Shown: positions 7,879-17,556, numbered from the stretch's first letter. The stretch: DNA of 29,448 nucleotides from Candidatus Jordarchaeia archaeon (GCA_029856435.1 JAHQXB010000177.1:1-29448), one strand, 5' to 3'. Numbers and translations: made by a program. The notes: generated by a model not told the origin, from the letters alone.

Positions 7879-7956
7879 CCAAACCTTTTTTCTGGGAATT
7901 TTGCCCCCTTCAAAGAGACCCAATCCCTGAGCGCCCTACAAACCTTTTAAACAAGC

Positions 7957-9015
7957 TTAACATAGAACTAATTCCCTATAAGTTGCTAGGGCATTTTCCT
8001 CAGTATTAGCCCCTTTAATTATACCCACTCCCGATTTCAAAATGCTAATATCTATTTCTGAATTCTTTTTTAGTGAAACTCCCAGTTCCGATAATAAAAT
8101 AATTTTATATGATTTACCCAGATTTTCCAAGACTTCTCTAAAATCCAAATCTTGGTCTTTTTCAGGTAATACTATATGTGTGCTTTTCGAAGCTCTGCCG
8201 CAAATGGATTTCACAAGATTTCCCCGTCGCGTTGATTCGAAGAATATTTGGTCGGGTTTCAAGTTGCAAACCTTACATGAGCCTTCTTTTTTTATGGAAA
8301 TTTTTTCAAATGATAGATCCGATGCGTCAACGAAGAGTAGTGTTCCAGCCAATTGGGGAGGTTTTCCCAGTAAAATTCTCACTGCTTCTGCTACCTCAAT
8401 ATTGGCTATGATTGGGGGAACAGGGGGAAAGACTCCTACCTGCCCGCATGTTGGTAACAATTCATCTTTAAGGCTCCCGTAGAAGCATTCCAAACAGGCG
8501 GTTTTTCCGGGAATTATGGTGAAAACACTGCCGTAAGTTTCTATTGCTGCCCCAAAGATATACGGTATGCCCAGTTTGTGGCAAGCTCTATTCAAAATGT
8601 ATCTTGGCTCTAGCTCGTCCAGTCCGTCAACTACAACGTCAACTCCGTCCAAAATTTGCAACACGTTGGTTTCGTCCAGAAAATTGGGCATGGCTTCTAT
8701 GCTTATTTGGGGATTTAACTTTGTGAGTTGGACTTTTGCCGCTTCCACCTTTGGATAATTAATGAGATCCATATTGTATAATCCTTGTCTCTGGAGATTC
8801 GAAACCTCCACAATATCCATATCTACAAGCCTAATGCTACCGATGCCCATCTGAGAAAAGAGGAGCGCCGCATAACACCCAATACCTCCCACCCCTGTCA
8901 CTAGAACTTTGGATTTCTTGAGTTTTTTCTGGCCATTATATCCTATGTAGTCAAGGACAATGTTTCTAGAGTACCTCTCCCTCTCCTCATCCGAAAATAC
9001 AATGTCATTTGACAT
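7957..9015 (-). CDS. ThiF/MoeB/HesA family adenylyltransferase (E1-like)
   Basis: ERYSR, GVGGIG nucleotide loop, DMDIVEVSNLQRQ, CLEC and CKVC zinc ligands, TC-GVFPP, and an extended C-terminal domain containing ICGR. Confidence 0.92.
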   Translation of the reverse strand: MSNDIVFSDEERERYSRNIVLDYIGYNGQKKLKKSKVLVTGVGGIGCYAALLFSQMGIGSIRLVDMDIVEVSNLQRQGLYNMDLINYPKVEAAKVQLTKLNPQISIEAMPNFLDETNVLQILDGVDVVVDGLDELEPRYILNRACHKLGIPYIFGAAIETYGSVFTIIPGKTACLECFYGSLKDELLPTCGQVGVFPPVPPIIANIEVAEAVRILLGKPPQLAGTLLFVDASDLSFEKISIKKEGSCKVCNLKPDQIFFESTRRGNLVKSICGRASKSTHIVLPEKDQDLDFREVLENLGKSYKIILLSELGVSLKKNSEIDISILKSGVGIIKGANTEENALATYRELVLC

Positions 9016-9335
9016 TTAAACCAATCTCCTAATGCAATATTTTAGGAAGGACCACAATATAAAAAGATTATTCGTAAGCATTTTTTAGGCGGAGCCTATT
9101 TTAAGTACAGTTTCTGGTTCTTTGTAGTTGCGGTATAAGAGAAATATTTCAATTTGTAGCGGTGGAAACCGCGCCATATTTACAATAGTTTAGGAAATTA
9201 TAGTTAAACAAGAAAAAATAAGCTTTTCCTCCCCTATTTTTAAAAACTGATAAAGGATATAAAGGTTCAACCATATACATTCCTTAATCTCCCAACCCTA
9301 GAGTATGGTACAAAGTATATGGGCAGGTAGATCAG

Positions 9336-10832
9336 GTGAAGCAATTAATTCATAACGGCATTCTATTTCCACAGTATGACTATAAGGGGTTTTCCATACT
9401 TTTTAAAGGGAAAAGGATCAAACTGGAACCTAAACAGGAAGAGATGGCAGTAGCCTGGGTCAAAAAACTGGGCACAGAATATGTGGATGACTCCGTTTTT
9501 GTTAAAAACTTTTTTAATGACTTTGGCGCGGCCTTGGGTCTGGGAAAAGTTTCTCCAGAAGACTTTGATTTCTCTGAAATCATAAAGTACGTGGAAGACG
9601 AGAAACTCAAGAAAGCAAGCATGTCCAAAGAGGAGAAGAAGAGACTCGCAGCTGAGCGTAAGGAAATCCGTGAGAGAAACAAAGAGAAGTATGGCTACGC
9701 CATCGTAGATGGTAAAAGAGTGGAAATAGGAAACTATAACGCTGAGCCTTCGGGCATTTTTATGGGGAGAGGAAAGCATCCTCTTAGAGGCAAGTGGAAG
9801 GAGGGTCCCAAACCGGAAGATGTTATTCTGAATCTTTCACCCGATGCTCCGAGGCCGCCTGGGAACTGGAAAGAGATTGTGTGGGAACCGGAGTGCATGT
9901 GGATTGCAAAATGGGAGGATAAACTGCGTGGAAAATTAAAGCATGTTTGGCTATCAGACACTTCTCATCTTAAACAGAGAAGGGAAATAGAAAAGTTTGA
10001 TAAGGCTTGGGAGCTTGAGGACAAGATTGAGGAACTCAGGGCACACATAGAGGATAACTTAACAGCTGAGGATGTCAAGAGGAGAAAGATTGCCACTGTG
10101 TGCTACCTCATTGATGCTTTAAAACTGCGTGTGGGGGACGAGAAGGATAAAGATGAGGCGGACACTGTTGGTGCAACCACCCTCAGACCTGAACACATAA
10201 AGTTTGATGAGAATGGATTAACCAAATTCAATTTTTTGGGAAAAGACTCAGTGAGGTGGGAAAAGGAGGTTTACCTTCCACCCCAAGTGATTCGAAACCT
10301 CAAGGAGTTCATTACAGACGCAAAGTCTGCCATCTTTGCAGGGATAAGATCCAGTAACGTTAGCCAGTTTCTGGACGAGGTAGTGCCTGGACTAACCGCA
10401 AAGGTCTTCAGAACATATCATGCCACAAAGGTAGTGGAGAAGGAGTTAAACGAATCCAAAACCACAAAGGACGATCCAGAATATGTCAAGAAAATCACAG
10501 CCAAAATGGCCAATCTGAAAGCTGCCGAAGTGTGCAACCATAAGAAGAAAGTATCAAAAAACTTCCAGAAATCCCTCCAAAATAAAAAGGAACGCCTCAA
10601 AAAACTAAAAGAAAAGAAAACAGAAAAGGCTTACCAAAAAATAAAGGAATTAGAGGCACAAATAGAAATCATGAAGAAAACAAAAAACTATAACCTCACA
10701 ACCTCCCTCAAAAGTTACATCGATCCCCGAGTCTATTATGAATGGGGCAAAAAAGTGGACTACGATTGGAAAAAATATTATCCAAAAACACTTCAAAGAA
10801 AATTCTCTTGGGTTGAAGAAGAAATAGAGTAA
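9336..10832 (+). CDS. top1: DNA topoisomerase IB (eukaryote-like)
   Basis: LIHNGILFP, EPSGIFMGRGKHPLRGKWK and all five catalytic motifs: LRVGDEK (R), FLGKDS (K), TAKVFRTY (R), CNH (H), TSLKSYIDPR (Y). Confidence 0.97.
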   Translation: MKQLIHNGILFPQYDYKGFSILFKGKRIKLEPKQEEMAVAWVKKLGTEYVDDSVFVKNFFNDFGAALGLGKVSPEDFDFSEIIKYVEDEKLKKASMSKEEKKRLAAERKEIRERNKEKYGYAIVDGKRVEIGNYNAEPSGIFMGRGKHPLRGKWKEGPKPEDVILNLSPDAPRPPGNWKEIVWEPECMWIAKWEDKLRGKLKHVWLSDTSHLKQRREIEKFDKAWELEDKIEELRAHIEDNLTAEDVKRRKIATVCYLIDALKLRVGDEKDKDEADTVGATTLRPEHIKFDENGLTKFNFLGKDSVRWEKEVYLPPQVIRNLKEFITDAKSAIFAGIRSSNVSQFLDEVVPGLTAKVFRTYHATKVVEKELNESKTTKDDPEYVKKITAKMANLKAAEVCNHKKKVSKNFQKSLQNKKERLKKLKEKKTEKAYQKIKELEAQIEIMKKTKNYNLTTSLKSYIDPRVYYEWGKKVDYDWKKYYPKTLQRKFSWVEEEIE

Positions 10833-10971
10833 CATTTCAACATTTACACACCGAACTCCCCACTTGTTCTGCGTTTTTCTCCGATATCCTTTTCAGACTA
10901 TTTAGGGGATAAAAATTTGATTAATCCCAAATATTCTAAATTGTATCTAATCCCCATAGGAGGTTATATTT

Positions 10972-11376
10972 TTGAGCCTTAAAAAAGAGGCGGATAAAGC
11001 CTACCAAAAAGCCGAAAATAGCCTACAAAAAAACGATTTAGCAGAAGCAGGTGACGACTTCGAGTGGGCGGGAACTTGCTACCTAGACGCCGGAAACGAG
11101 GAAAAGGCCAAAGAAAGTTTTTTGAAAGCCGCAAATTGCTTCGAAAAATTGGGAGAACACCTGGCAGAGCAAGACTTTCTAGGAACAAGTGCGGATAACC
11201 TAAAGAGAGCAGGAAAATGCTACAAAGAAGGGGGAAACACAGAAAAAATGAAACAGTGCTACAGGAAGGCAGCAGACCTCTACAAGAAATACGCGGAGAG
11301 ACTGGAAAAAGACGGAAAAATGGAAAGAGCAAAACAAGCCCTAAAAGACAGAGAAGAATGCCTAAAAAATAGCTAA
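10972..11376 (+). CDS. Short TPR-like helical repeat protein, alpha-SNAP-like
   Basis: 134 aa, TTG start with a GGAGGT RBS. Repeats of the form A(G/A)xxFxxA(G/A)xCY/F (AGDDFEWAGTCY, AKESFLKAANCF, ADNLKRAGKCY). Confidence 0.7.
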   Translation: MSLKKEADKAYQKAENSLQKNDLAEAGDDFEWAGTCYLDAGNEEKAKESFLKAANCFEKLGEHLAEQDFLGTSADNLKRAGKCYKEGGNTEKMKQCYRKAADLYKKYAERLEKDGKMERAKQALKDREECLKNS

Positions 11377-11582
11377 AACCCTCCAAAAACCCGAACATCC
11401 CCACCACAAAAAACTATTCAAACCATTAGAAAATTCCTCAAATCCAACCTCTGCAGACATCAAGCAGAAGGTACAACATAATGGAATTAGAAATTTTCTT
11501 GGGAGTCGAATCAATTCCTGAAAACCCGTTACCCAAAAAATAAACCAATTATAACAATAAGAATGTATAGGTGCATTAAGAA

Positions 11583-12365
11583 ATGATAGATTTAGATGAT
11601 GTTTCTGGTCTTCCCATATCTTTTGACGAGAGAACAAATAAGTTAATCTCGAAGGAATTGGAACTGCCGCAACCAAGCGTGAGAACTATGGGCGACCTCA
11701 CTAAGGTAGCTAGAAGCTGCGACCTTAAAGTTGATACTGAGGAAATTGCCTACTGGATGTATAGAGACATAGCCCTTCCAGAACATAGGCCTCTGATTGC
11801 CAAGTATAGTTTGAGGTTCGATATAACTGTGATGAAAAATTTCCTGCTGGGAGACGAATATGGTAAAACCTCTGGGCACTATCACCCCAATTTCTACCCC
11901 GAAATTTATGGCGTGCTTCATGGAAAAGCAATCTACATATCACAAAAAAGCAATGAAAACGACCCCCTCAAAGTTGAAGTCTTCACAGCAACAGAGGTAG
12001 AACCCTACGAACTCTGGGTTTCACCCCCCCTACACGGACACACAACAATAAATAAGGAGCCACAAACACTAGTTATGGCGAACTGGGTGTCAAACAAGTT
12101 CCAATCCCTCTACGGACCAATGGAAAGCGCCCGCGGAGCAGCCTACCACCTGGTAAAAACGGAAAAAGGACCCCGCTGGATTCCAAACCCCGCATATAAA
12201 TCAATCCCAAAGAAAATAACAAAAAACAAGATTACCCCACCCATAAAATCCCCAATTTACACACAAGGAATCCAAAAAATAGAGAAACTCTCACAATTCC
12301 TAAACCCCACAAACAAAAACGCTCCAGACCCTTACCCCAAAACCAATAAATCAAACAAAAAATAG
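11583..12365 (+). CDS. pgi: Cupin-type glucose-6-phosphate isomerase family protein
   Basis: YWMYRD, LRFDITV, GDEYGKTSGHYHP, PEIYGVLHGKA and PPLHGHTTIN give the His/His/Glu/His metal ligands of archaeal cupin PGI. Confidence 0.85.
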   Translation: MIDLDDVSGLPISFDERTNKLISKELELPQPSVRTMGDLTKVARSCDLKVDTEEIAYWMYRDIALPEHRPLIAKYSLRFDITVMKNFLLGDEYGKTSGHYHPNFYPEIYGVLHGKAIYISQKSNENDPLKVEVFTATEVEPYELWVSPPLHGHTTINKEPQTLVMANWVSNKFQSLYGPMESARGAAYHLVKTEKGPRWIPNPAYKSIPKKITKNKITPPIKSPIYTQGIQKIEKLSQFLNPTNKNAPDPYPKTNKSNKK

Positions 12366-12442
12366 AAAGAAGCAGCTCAGACACCCATTTAGCAAATTTT
12401 GCAGAGCCTAGCCAAGCCCATCTAACCCCTTTCATTTAAAGC

Positions 12443-13213
12443 CTATATCTTTTCTCTCTGTTCAGGATAAGCAGTCTTAGGCCTCTTTACAATAAACGAT
12501 TCTTCCAGATCCTGGCTCATCTGTCTTGCTATTTGTACCGGTATACCCAAAGCCATATAATTAGGTGGGAACCACGAGTTTCCCGTAGGGTCCAAGGGTC
12601 CTAGGAACACCGAGTTGTGAGGCACCTTTTCTCCCATAGCCGCAGGATAAGTAACTAAGGTGGCACAAGAAGGCCCAAAGGGTGCCAAAACCGCATACAT
12701 ATCTGTCCTCCTGAAGTAAACAAGCGAGCACATATTTCTAATTTGCTCACATGTCCCAAAACAAACAATGGACTTAACACCCGGATCCTCCTCTAGGTCT
12801 TCACAAGCTTGTATCACAGTATACTTTCCGAGGGGCGTTATTTTTCCTATAGATTTGAAGCTCTCCTCAGCAACTTCAGGATTAATCTTTAAATATTCGG
12901 CGGCTCCATCAGCAAATTCCTTGGTGCCCGTAGACACAAAATACTTAATCCAAGGGGCTGGTTCGCTAAAGCCAAGCCAAGATACACCCCCAGGGCAACA
13001 CCCCTCAAGAGCATTATTCCCCAAATAAATGGGAGGCACTTCTCCGCGAACCGCCATAGTAAATATTGCTTTAGCGATGCACCGACTAACTGATTTTGTT
13101 GGAATAGCCCCAGCAGGAATATCCCGCGAACCATATACACACAGCACCCTCGCTTCCAACCTACCCGCCCTAGACAGCCTCCTTCCGACATCCCTAATGG
13201 ATAAACTGGACAT
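12443..13213 (-). CDS. DUF169 domain protein
   Basis: RC..A, GCCPGGVSWLG and FGPSCATLVTYP motifs. The ATG at 13213 follows GGAGGT, whereas the track start at 13231 lies within the RBS. Confidence 0.75.
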   Translation of the reverse strand: MSSLSIRDVGRRLSRAGRLEARVLCVYGSRDIPAGAIPTKSVSRCIAKAIFTMAVRGEVPPIYLGNNALEGCCPGGVSWLGFSEPAPWIKYFVSTGTKEFADGAAEYLKINPEVAEESFKSIGKITPLGKYTVIQACEDLEEDPGVKSIVCFGTCEQIRNMCSLVYFRRTDMYAVLAPFGPSCATLVTYPAAMGEKVPHNSVFLGPLDPTGNSWFPPNYMALGIPVQIARQMSQDLEESFIVKRPKTAYPEQREKI

Positions 13214-13368
13214 ACTTAACCATACCTCCAAGCTGAATTTTTTCAGTTATAACTAAAGAAGCCACCCATATATATAAGCTCTACAGTTTGAAAAGAATTG
13301 CCAGCCCACAGACATAAAATTATTAATAAGAAAAGATCAAATAGTAAATCAATTATTGAGGTGTGAAA

Positions 13369-15003
13369 ATGGCTAAAACTGGCACTGCGAAGATATCCGG
13401 CCAAGAATTATACCAAACCATGAAGGATTTATGTGATTTCGGCTACCGCATAGCAGGAACCCCACCTGCCGAGAAGGCCGAGAAATACATTTACCAAAAA
13501 TTAAAGGAGGCAGGACTACCACAAGTTGATCTTAAACCATTCAGCTTCACACGCTGGTGGTCAGATAGACACGAACTGAAAATCATATCCAAAGAAACAC
13601 CCGGAATCCTCTCCGACCAATCTATCGAAACATTCCCCGTCTACTTCAGCGGCTCCACAAGCCCTGAAGGAATAACCGCCCAAATGGTATACGTGGGCTA
13701 TGGAACACCCACCGATTTCCAAGCAATAGACGTCAAAGACAAAATAGTACTAATAGACAGCAAAATGATACTAAACTTCCACCCTACCTTCACAGTGTTC
13801 GGCTCACTAAAACTGGCAAAAGAAAATGGCGCTCTAGGCGCAGTAATCATCAACGGATCCCCCCTCGATGCCATATCCTACATATTTCTGGGCGAGGGAA
13901 TAGAAGGCTGGGAGAGCAGATTACCCGCCCTCTCAGTAAATAATGACGATGGCAACTATCTAAAAACCCTATGCACAAGAAGCCAAGGTAAACTCACAGT
14001 AAAACTCGTCGAGGAAGTCAAAACCGAAAAAGCAAGCAGCAACATCATAATAGGAACTTTACCGGGAAGGAGCGACGACATCATCCTAATTGGAACCCAT
14101 ACCGACAGCACCTTCACAGGCGCAGTGGATAACGCAGGAGCCAACGCCGGACTAATCGCCCTAGCCAAACACTACGCTCAAATCCCCCTCAAAAAAAGGG
14201 AAAAAACTATGATGTTCGTCGGCTGGACCGGCCATGAAGCAGCCTTCCTCGGAGTCAACAACTTTGTACAAATGCACAAAGACCTGCTCAACAAGATAGC
14301 AACATTCATTATGCTTGATGGGTTCGGATCCAAAGGATGGTACAATCAGGCTGACGGAGGCGTAGTAGAAACTGGATTGGACGAGAAAAGAGGACTCTTC
14401 ATCTCAGACAACCCCGTCCTAACGCCCTTTGTCATGGAAGCCACACTCAAATATAATTTGTTGCCGGCAGCTTACGTCTCAGCAAAATCTCTACCCGTAA
14501 GCGACCTAGGCCCCTTTATCAGAGCAGGAGTCCCCTCCATTCTGGTCATAGGAAAACCCGTAATGTACCACACAAAATACGATACACCAGACAAATGCAC
14601 ACCCGAACAACTCGAAAGATGTGCCAAAGCACACGTACACTTCATCGACAAAATACAGGAAACACCCACCCAACAAATAAAAGAAGCAGACGGCAAACTA
14701 AAAGACACAAAACAATTCATCACCCAAAAGCGGGGAATAACCCCACCCGCAGGATCCTTCACAGTCACACCCAACCCCGTAGTCGAAGGAAACCCCGCAA
14801 TATTCCATGTCACAGTCTTCACAGCACCCCAAAGCATCATACTGGACCTAAATTGGGACTTCGGAGACGGAAACACAGCAAAACTACCCATAACAATACA
14901 CGCATACCAAAAAGCAGGAACATACGAAGCCACCCTAAAATTCATAGACAACTACGGCAACACAGGAACCACACAAAAACTCGTCAGAGTAATAAAAAAA
15001 TAA
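13369..15003 (+). CDS. M28-family metallopeptidase with a PA domain and a C-terminal PKD domain
   Basis: GYRIAGT..AEKA, VYVGYG (PA domain), HTD, VDNAG, GHE, LDG, YHTKYD. C-terminal WDFGDG..HAYQKAGTYEATL is a PKD signature. The ATG at 13369 follows GAGGTG. Confidence 0.88.
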   Translation: MAKTGTAKISGQELYQTMKDLCDFGYRIAGTPPAEKAEKYIYQKLKEAGLPQVDLKPFSFTRWWSDRHELKIISKETPGILSDQSIETFPVYFSGSTSPEGITAQMVYVGYGTPTDFQAIDVKDKIVLIDSKMILNFHPTFTVFGSLKLAKENGALGAVIINGSPLDAISYIFLGEGIEGWESRLPALSVNNDDGNYLKTLCTRSQGKLTVKLVEEVKTEKASSNIIIGTLPGRSDDIILIGTHTDSTFTGAVDNAGANAGLIALAKHYAQIPLKKREKTMMFVGWTGHEAAFLGVNNFVQMHKDLLNKIATFIMLDGFGSKGWYNQADGGVVETGLDEKRGLFISDNPVLTPFVMEATLKYNLLPAAYVSAKSLPVSDLGPFIRAGVPSILVIGKPVMYHTKYDTPDKCTPEQLERCAKAHVHFIDKIQETPTQQIKEADGKLKDTKQFITQKRGITPPAGSFTVTPNPVVEGNPAIFHVTVFTAPQSIILDLNWDFGDGNTAKLPITIHAYQKAGTYEATLKFIDNYGNTGTTQKLVRVIKK

Positions 15004-15142
15004 CCCCCCAAAACTGAAAAACAAAACAAGCCCAAAAAAAGAGCAACAAAACTCACAAAAAATAAAACTACCCTACCTCAGCCCTAAAAAGATAGCTACA
15101 CCAAACAACCAGAACAAAATAATAAAAAAGGGGGAAAAAGAA

Positions 15143-16075
15143 TTACTTTATTAGCTTGACAATATCAGCTACGATGTACTCGAAGCCCACGGCCATAATG
15201 TGGCATCCTGCTGCGCTGGTTGTTTTTTTGAGTTCTTTTAGCCAGCCTTCGAAGAAGTTTAGGTTCCATTCGTCGGTTTTTTGGCGTCGTTCTTCTTTTG
15301 GGGCGTCTTGTATTTTCTTTAGGTCTTCTAGTATTTCTGGTGGGACGAAGATTCCCGGGCAGAATTCATCCATCCATTTGGCCATTTTGTAGGATTTTAG
15401 TGGGCAGATGCCTATTAGTGTGGGTACTTTTAGGTGTTTGACTGCGTCTAGGAATCTTTTTGCTATTTCCATGTCGTAGACTACTTGGGTTTGTATGAAT
15501 TCGCCGCCTACTTTTATTTTGCGTTCTATTTTTAGGATTTCTGGTTCTAGGGGTTCTGCTCCTGGTGCGCCTGCGACTCCTATGTGGAATTTTGGGGGGT
15601 TTTCAATCTCGTTTCCCGCTAGGTCGTGTCCTGCCATTATTTTTCTAATCATGTATACTAGTTGGGCGGAGTCTAGGTCGAATACGGGCATGGATTGTGG
15701 GTTGTCTCCTGATGCGGTGTGGTCTCCTGTTAGTGCTAGTATGTTTTTGATTCCTAGGTTGCCTGCGGCGAGTATGTCTGATAGGAGTCCTAGGCGGTTT
15801 CTGTCTCTGCAGGTTACTTGCCATATGGCTTCGAGGCCGGCTTCTTTTTGTATGAGGTAGGAGGGGACTAGGCTGTTCATGCATCCGAATGATTGTGGGT
15901 TGTCTGTTACGTTTGCTGCTACTACGTGTCCTGCGAGTATTTTGGCGGTGTGGATTACTTCTTCTAGGTTGGTTGTTTTTTCTGGTTCGATTTCTCCTGT
16001 CCATGTCCACTTGCCTGATTTTAGGCTTTCTCCAAGTTTGCTATAAACTTCGGTTATTGGTCCCATTTTTTTCAT
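15143..16075 (-). CDS. metF: Methylenetetrahydrofolate reductase catalytic subunit MetF
   Basis: TGEIEP, NVTDNP, QVTCRDRNRLGL, NILALTGDH, VFDLDS and FIQTQVVYD motifs. Lies directly downstream of metV. Confidence 0.92.
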   Translation of the reverse strand: MKKMGPITEVYSKLGESLKSGKWTWTGEIEPEKTTNLEEVIHTAKILAGHVVAANVTDNPQSFGCMNSLVPSYLIQKEAGLEAIWQVTCRDRNRLGLLSDILAAGNLGIKNILALTGDHTASGDNPQSMPVFDLDSAQLVYMIRKIMAGHDLAGNEIENPPKFHIGVAGAPGAEPLEPEILKIERKIKVGGEFIQTQVVYDMEIAKRFLDAVKHLKVPTLIGICPLKSYKMAKWMDEFCPGIFVPPEILEDLKKIQDAPKEERRQKTDEWNLNFFEGWLKELKKTTSAAGCHIMAVGFEYIVADIVKLIK

Positions 16076-16084
16076 CTCCTCCTA

Positions 16085-16729
16085 TTATTTCCATATGATT
16101 TCGGCTGGTCCGGCTTTTATGCTGTAGTCTCGGGGTTCTCTGAATTTGGTGAAGAGTTCTTCTCTGCCCTGTTCTTTTAGTCGTTTCCAGATGAGTACCC
16201 ATGCGCAGTCTTTGTCTGTGCCTACTTCGCATTTTTCTTTGTTCATTCCGCCGCATGGGCCGTTTAGTAGGTGTTTTGCGCATCTTGTTATGGGGCATAT
16301 TCCGCCTGTTTCGTTTAGTATACAGTCTCCGCATGCTCTGCACATTTCGTAGAATTGTCCTATGCGTTCCACTTCGCCGATGAAAACTGTGTCCAGAGCT
16401 GCAAGTGTGATTTTGTCGCTTGCTTGTGAGATAGTTTGGACTCCAACACCACATGACATAACAATTATGGCATCAGCGTTGGCCATGGCGTCTCCAAGTC
16501 TTTTCAGGTCACGTTTGTCAATTCTGAGGTCGCAGGGGTTTTCAATAACTATGGAGCCGGTAACTTCCTTGCCCCAGTCAGTCAATTTTTGAACCATTGC
16601 TTTGACTTGTTCGTCGCCGCCGGTCTGGCACAAGGTTGCACAGGTTCCGCAGCCCACCACTACTAGTTTTTTGAAGGGTTGTATTACTTCCTTGATTTCT
16701 TCGTCGGATTTTGCCTTGGTAATTATCAT
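16085..16729 (-). CDS. metV: MetV, the Fe-S/zinc subunit of MetFV-type methylene-THF reductase
   Basis: CGTCATLCQTGG, CGVGVQ, CRACGDC, CPITRCAKHLLNGPCGG, CEV..CAW. Confidence 0.92.
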   Translation of the reverse strand: MIITKAKSDEEIKEVIQPFKKLVVVGCGTCATLCQTGGDEQVKAMVQKLTDWGKEVTGSIVIENPCDLRIDKRDLKRLGDAMANADAIIVMSCGVGVQTISQASDKITLAALDTVFIGEVERIGQFYEMCRACGDCILNETGGICPITRCAKHLLNGPCGGMNKEKCEVGTDKDCAWVLIWKRLKEQGREELFTKFREPRDYSIKAGPAEIIWK

Positions 16730-17373
16730 TCTTCCTTCATGCCTCCTATTATTTGGGCGTGGGAATTATTTTTTTGACCCGTGTTTACGGTTGTGAAGGG
16801 GTATATATTTTTGACTGTAAGTTAGTACTAATTGGAGTGTTTAAAAATTGTACATACCTTTTTTGTCTTGGAGGAGGGATAGGGTTCTGAGCCTTTTTTG
16901 GGGGAAGACTTATTTTGTATTTTTTGTGGGTAATTTATTGTTAGTTAAGGGGGTTCTACTTTTTTGGAAAGGAATTAGGGCGTCTGAAGGATTTCCATCG
17001 TTTAAATACATCCAAAAGTGGGATGCACAATTATTGTTTTAGTGATGGTTTTCTCTGTATGTGTATTTTTATTTGGGTTTGATTTTTTGGTGGCAGTTTT
17101 GTTTTACAATTCTCTATTTTGTGGATTGTTTGAGGTTATTTGGATGGTGTGTTTTTGTTATTGTGCTCTTGGGATGTTTTTGCATTTTTTTACTGCCATA
17201 TTAGGGGGGAAACTGAAGGAGGAGGGGAGTTTGAAGAATGGGAAGCTTACCAACTCGCCGGAGGGTTTCCAAAAATGCGAAAAATGGGTTTGGTATGACT
17301 TTGGTTTTTAAAGGTTAATTGAGGGAAAAAGAGGAATTTTTAGTCTGCTTTTATGTTTTTTTGGTTTTCGAAG

Positions 17374-17556
17374 CCATATGTTTAGGCCGTACTCCTATTT
17401 GTAGGGATCTGTTTTTGTGGCTGGCTTGAGAGAAACCATCTTCCCACTTTTTAATACATTTATGTAGAGAAATGGAGGTGGGAAGGGATGCGGAGGCAGG
17501 CTAAGGCAAGGTCACCACAAAAATTCAGCCCCCCGGAGTGTTGTTTAAACATATGG
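17374..17556. mobile_element. MITE family B, copy 2 (183 bp)
   Basis: CCATATGTTTAGG...TTTAAACATATGG. TSD TTCGAAG (17367-17373) / TTTGAAG (17557-17563), one mismatch. The interior aligns with copy 1. Confidence 0.9.

Noticed and set aside
7984-8012. Partial complementarity between the CRISPR-like spacer and the 3' end of the thiF/moeB gene
   Set aside because: The alignment needs several gaps and mismatches and is compatible with chance.
9086-9172. Two small hairpins (TAGGC-GGA-GCCTA; GCGGT-GGAA-ACCGC) between thiF/moeB and top1
   Set aside because: The stems are only 5 bp, with no second copy or recognisable RNA family. There is not enough evidence for an ncRNA.
16848-17311. ORFs 16848..17042 and 17018..17311 that look hydrophobic or membrane-like
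   Set aside because: The F/V/L/C richness is explained by the extreme local T/G skew. They run opposite to the surrounding genes and have no convincing RBS.
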